Assembly: GCA_035652135.1 (NCBI GenBank)
Contig: DASREK010000015.1
Span: 14,846-78,845, forward strand
From: Bryobacterales bacterium
GTDB taxonomy: Bacteria; Acidobacteriota; Terriglobia; Bryobacterales; JACQDG01
Length of the DNA stretch: 64,000 nt
Direction: 5' to 3'
This document shows, piece by piece, positions 61,642 to 64,000 of the stretch. Each line of letters starts with the position of its first letter. Within the stretch, counting starts at the first letter, position 1. The translations under genes and the position numbers were made by a program. The notes below the pieces were generated by a model, which ran no database searches, was not told where the DNA came from, and was given only the letters and a program-made list of their open reading frames with translations.

Positions 61642-63161
61642 CGTTGTTCTCCGGCTGAGGAAGCCAACTCACGCCTGCTGATCTTGCCGTTGGCGCTCTT
61701 GGGAAGCGCGGCCCGAAATTCCACAAACTTGGGTATCATGAAGTCTTCCAGATGCCGGGAGCAATGGCGCAGAATCTCCTGCTCGCTGATGGCAGATCCG
61801 TCGCGCAACGTCACCACCGCCTTCACAGCCTCGCCCAGCACCGGATCGGGCACACCGATCACCACAGCCTCCGCAATACCCTCCAGGCCATATAAAACTT
61901 CTTCGACCTCCCTCGGGCTCACTTTCTCCCCTTTGGTCTTGATGATGTCATCCTTGCGCCCTACAAAGTAGAGATAGCCCTCTTCATCCATTTGAAAGAG
62001 ATCTCCGCTGTAGAGCACTCGCTCTCCCGGCATTGGCCCCGGCTTCAGCACCTTTTCGGTTTCCTCGGGCAGGCCCCAATAGCCCTTCATTACGTTGGAT
62101 CCCCGGATTACCAGTTCTCCAACTGTGCCCGGGCCGACCCGCTGGCCCCGCTCGTCTACGATGTAAACTTCTTCATTCGGTATGGCCTTTCCGACCGACT
62201 TAGGCCGAATGTCGATCTGATCGGGCGGAAGATACGAAACCCGTTTGCACTCTGTGAGCCCGTACATCGAGTAAATCTTGACGTGCGGAAAAATCTTCCG
62301 TAGCTGCGCGATCTGGTGAACCGGCAGCGCAGCCGCCGTATTCGTGATATAACGCAAGGCCGGAAAACGATAAGTGCTCAGATCCATTTGCAGCAGTATC
62401 GCGGCCATGGTCGGCACCAAAGGAAGCCCTGTCACCTTCTCTCGAATCATTGTCTCCAACACAGCGCGCGGATATGTGAAGGAGCGCTCCAATACAAGCG
62501 TGCCGCCGATCTGGAAAGCCATCAGAACCTGATACAAGCCATAGTCGAAGGATAGGGGCAGAACGTTTAAAATCACGTCATCGGGAGTGTTCTCCAAATA
62601 GGTCGTGATGGAGGTCGCCGCCGAAACAATGTTCAGGTGGGTGAGCATCACGCCTTTCGGCCTTCCCGTGGACCCTGACGTGTAAATAAGGGCAGCCAGG
62701 TCGATGTCGATGCATTGCTTCTCCGGAGGGGTGTCCGGCGAAACCGAATCTCCGACAATACGGTCCCATTCGGCGTCCGCCAACACGATTGATTTAAGGT
62801 GGGAAAGCCCAGAGAGCTGCTGCTCGAGCCCGGCGATCCGGGCGGAATCAGTGATCAGCGCACAAGCCCGGCAGTCGTTCAAAATATAGGCCAGCTTTTC
62901 AGCCTTTGTGCTCGGATGAATGACGAGGAAAATCGCCCCGGCCTTGAGAATCGCGAAAAGGGCCACGACCGCTTCCGGCGAGTTTTCCAGTTGAACGGCG
63001 ACCCGATCGCCGCGGCGCACACCCTGTCGAATCAGGGCATGCGCAAGCCGGTTGGACTGGCGTTCGATCTCGATGTAGGCGAGCCGGCGCGACCCGCACA
63101 CGAGGGCAGTCTTTTCGGGCGATTTTTCGGCGCTGCGCTCGAGAAAGGTTTCCACCTGCAC
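61638..63161 (-). CDS. AMP-forming acyl-CoA/acyl-ACP ligase (ANL superfamily)
   Basis: LIYTSGSTGRPKGVMLTH, YGLTE, SGDLFQMDEEGYLYFVGRKDDIIKTKGEKVSPREVE and a C-terminal NGKISRREL. The start is set to GTG 63161, 5 nt after AGGAGGG. The ORF-track start 63260 would overlap the ACP gene. Confidence 0.88.
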   Translation of the reverse strand: MQVETFLERSAEKSPEKTALVCGSRRLAYIEIERQSNRLAHALIRQGVRRGDRVAVQLENSPEAVVALFAILKAGAIFLVIHPSTKAEKLAYILNDCRACALITDSARIAGLEQQLSGLSHLKSIVLADAEWDRIVGDSVSPDTPPEKQCIDIDLAALIYTSGSTGRPKGVMLTHLNIVSAATSITTYLENTPDDVILNVLPLSFDYGLYQVLMAFQIGGTLVLERSFTYPRAVLETMIREKVTGLPLVPTMAAILLQMDLSTYRFPALRYITNTAAALPVHQIAQLRKIFPHVKIYSMYGLTECKRVSYLPPDQIDIRPKSVGKAIPNEEVYIVDERGQRVGPGTVGELVIRGSNVMKGYWGLPEETEKVLKPGPMPGERVLYSGDLFQMDEEGYLYFVGRKDDIIKTKGEKVSPREVEEVLYGLEGIAEAVVIGVPDPVLGEAVKAVVTLRDGSAISEQEILRHCSRHLEDFMIPKFVEFRAALPKSANGKISRRELASSAGEQR

Positions 63162-63171
63162 GCTGTCCCTC

Positions 63172-63441
63172 CTACGCCGCCGGTTGGAGCTTGGTTTGAA
63201 TGAATCTGCTGAGGTTGTTGATCGAATCCAGATTGTCCGGCACCAGATCTTCATCTTCAATTTTGATCTGATATTGCCGCTCCAACAAACTCACCAGTTC
63301 CAGAACGCTCGTGGAGTCGATAATGCCTTTTTCCAAAAAAGAGTCGTCGTCCGAAAATTTGCCGTCGTCTTGGCCGAAAAGAAGATTTTCCACCACCAAA
63401 GAGCGCAATTCCTGATTGAGTGTTTGATTAAGTGTTTCCAT
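63172..63441 (-). CDS. Acyl carrier protein (stand-alone)
   Basis: 89 aa from ATG 63441 (METLNQTLNQELRSLVVENLLF...). It has the phosphopantetheine site LEKGIIDSTSVLELV and an acidic helix II. Confidence 0.85.
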   Translation of the reverse strand: METLNQTLNQELRSLVVENLLFGQDDGKFSDDDSFLEKGIIDSTSVLELVSLLERQYQIKIEDEDLVPDNLDSINNLSRFIQTKLQPAA

Positions 63442-64000
63442 AGCCGGATCTTTTGCTGAAACTCCTGATGAATTGATCAATCACAAGCTGAGTGGAGAGG
63501 ATGCCGATGAGCGCCATGTTATCCCGAATGCTCCCGGAGCCGCCCCAGCGAAACCTGTTGATGAGCCCTTGCACAGGCGCGGGATTGAAGATGCCGTCTT
63601 GTTTGAGACGGCCCGGGGAGAGAAGCTCTTCCACATAATCGTAGGGGGCTCCTTCAAAAAAACTCCTTGCCTCGGGCGCTCGATAAGGCTGTTTTGCCCT
63701 TTGCTTAATGGATTTCGGTATTAAGCCGTTGACGCACTCCTTCAACAGATATTTTTCATTGAGGCCCCGCATCTTCAGCGGCGGCGGCAGGGCGGCGGCG
63801 AACTCCACCACGCGGTAGTCGAGGAATGGCATGCGGCACTCCACACCATGAGCCATAGCCACGCGATCGCCCTGCGAAGACAGAATATAGCCGGGAAGTA
63901 AGTAACTCGCTTCGAGGTACTGCGACTGTGAGAAACCATCCCACTCGAAATAAGCGGGCGGAAGCAGAGCTTCCAAGGCTGCGTAACAATCCCGAGTCGC
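63428..64000 (-). CDS. Asparagine synthase (AsnB)-family amidotransferase, C-terminal part; the N-terminus lies beyond the right window edge
   Basis: DRVAMAHGVECRMPFLDYRVVEFAAALPPPLKMRGLNEKYLLKE...AKQPYRAPE is the AsnB synthetase-domain C-terminus. The reading frame stays open to the window edge. Confidence 0.85.
   Translation of the reverse strand, partial: ATRDCYAALEALLPPAYFEWDGFSQSQYLEASYLLPGYILSSQGDRVAMAHGVECRMPFLDYRVVEFAAALPPPLKMRGLNEKYLLKECVNGLIPKSIKQRAKQPYRAPEARSFFEGAPYDYVEELLSPGRLKQDGIFNPAPVQGLINRFRWGGSGSIRDNMALIGILSTQLVIDQFIRSFSKRSGYGNT

Noticed and set aside
1-64000. I looked for CRISPR arrays, tRNA/rRNA genes, IS elements, integrases, toxin-antitoxin pairs and classical defence genes.
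   Set aside because: I saw no regularly spaced direct repeats, no tRNA-like T-arm strings (GGTTCGAATCC-type), no transposase/integrase/RT-like ORFs and no small paired ORFs. The window looks like stable chromosome rather than a mobile island. This was a by-eye scan only.

Overview
This is a GC-rich bacterial chromosomal window. Its gene content looks Acidobacteriota-like (a CarboxypepD_reg-type TonB receptor, acidobacterial-type VWA proteins, several DUF1080 proteins), but that taxon call is inference only. I call 50 protein-coding genes and one decayed gene copy. I saw no rRNA, tRNA, CRISPR array, transposase, integrase or phage genes. The first 30.6 kb is an ordinary housekeeping/accessory mix: ubiD-like, fabD-fabG, DUF763, an SGNH hydrolase, DUF1080 paralogs, an orphan ABC ATPase, an O-methyltransferase, an amidohydrolase, an APC permease, a Tat-signal MmgE/PrpD protein, a TonB receptor, a quinoprotein/cytochrome c operon, an MFS transporter, an OYE-like flavoenzyme, two STAS proteins, a GT87-like membrane protein, head-to-head VWA paralogs and an AlkA-like glycosylase. 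The interesting part is 30.6-64 kb. It holds a long minus-strand Wzx/Wzy-type polysaccharide operon: NusG paralog, Wza-like, Wzc-like, Wzy/O-antigen-ligase-like, Wzx, GT4-PGT fusion, GNAT, DegT aminotransferase, membrane SDR, deacetylase, DUF4091. On the left it is flanked by a tightly coupled six-gene operon (A-PCP didomain, its own PPTase, P450, ATP-grasp ligase, two ~400-aa double-GNAT proteins). On the right it is flanked by an AsnB-like/ACP/acyl-AMP ligase/NadE-like/GNAT operon. By eye I found near-consensus sigma-54 (-24/-12) elements placed correctly upstream of both the polysaccharide operon and the A-PCP operon, and a sigma-54 enhancer-binding response regulator is encoded between them. 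My best candidate for an undescribed system is this sigma-54-wired composite locus, which I infer decorates a surface polysaccharide through carrier-protein chemistry. All family calls come from motif reading and memory; no searches were run.
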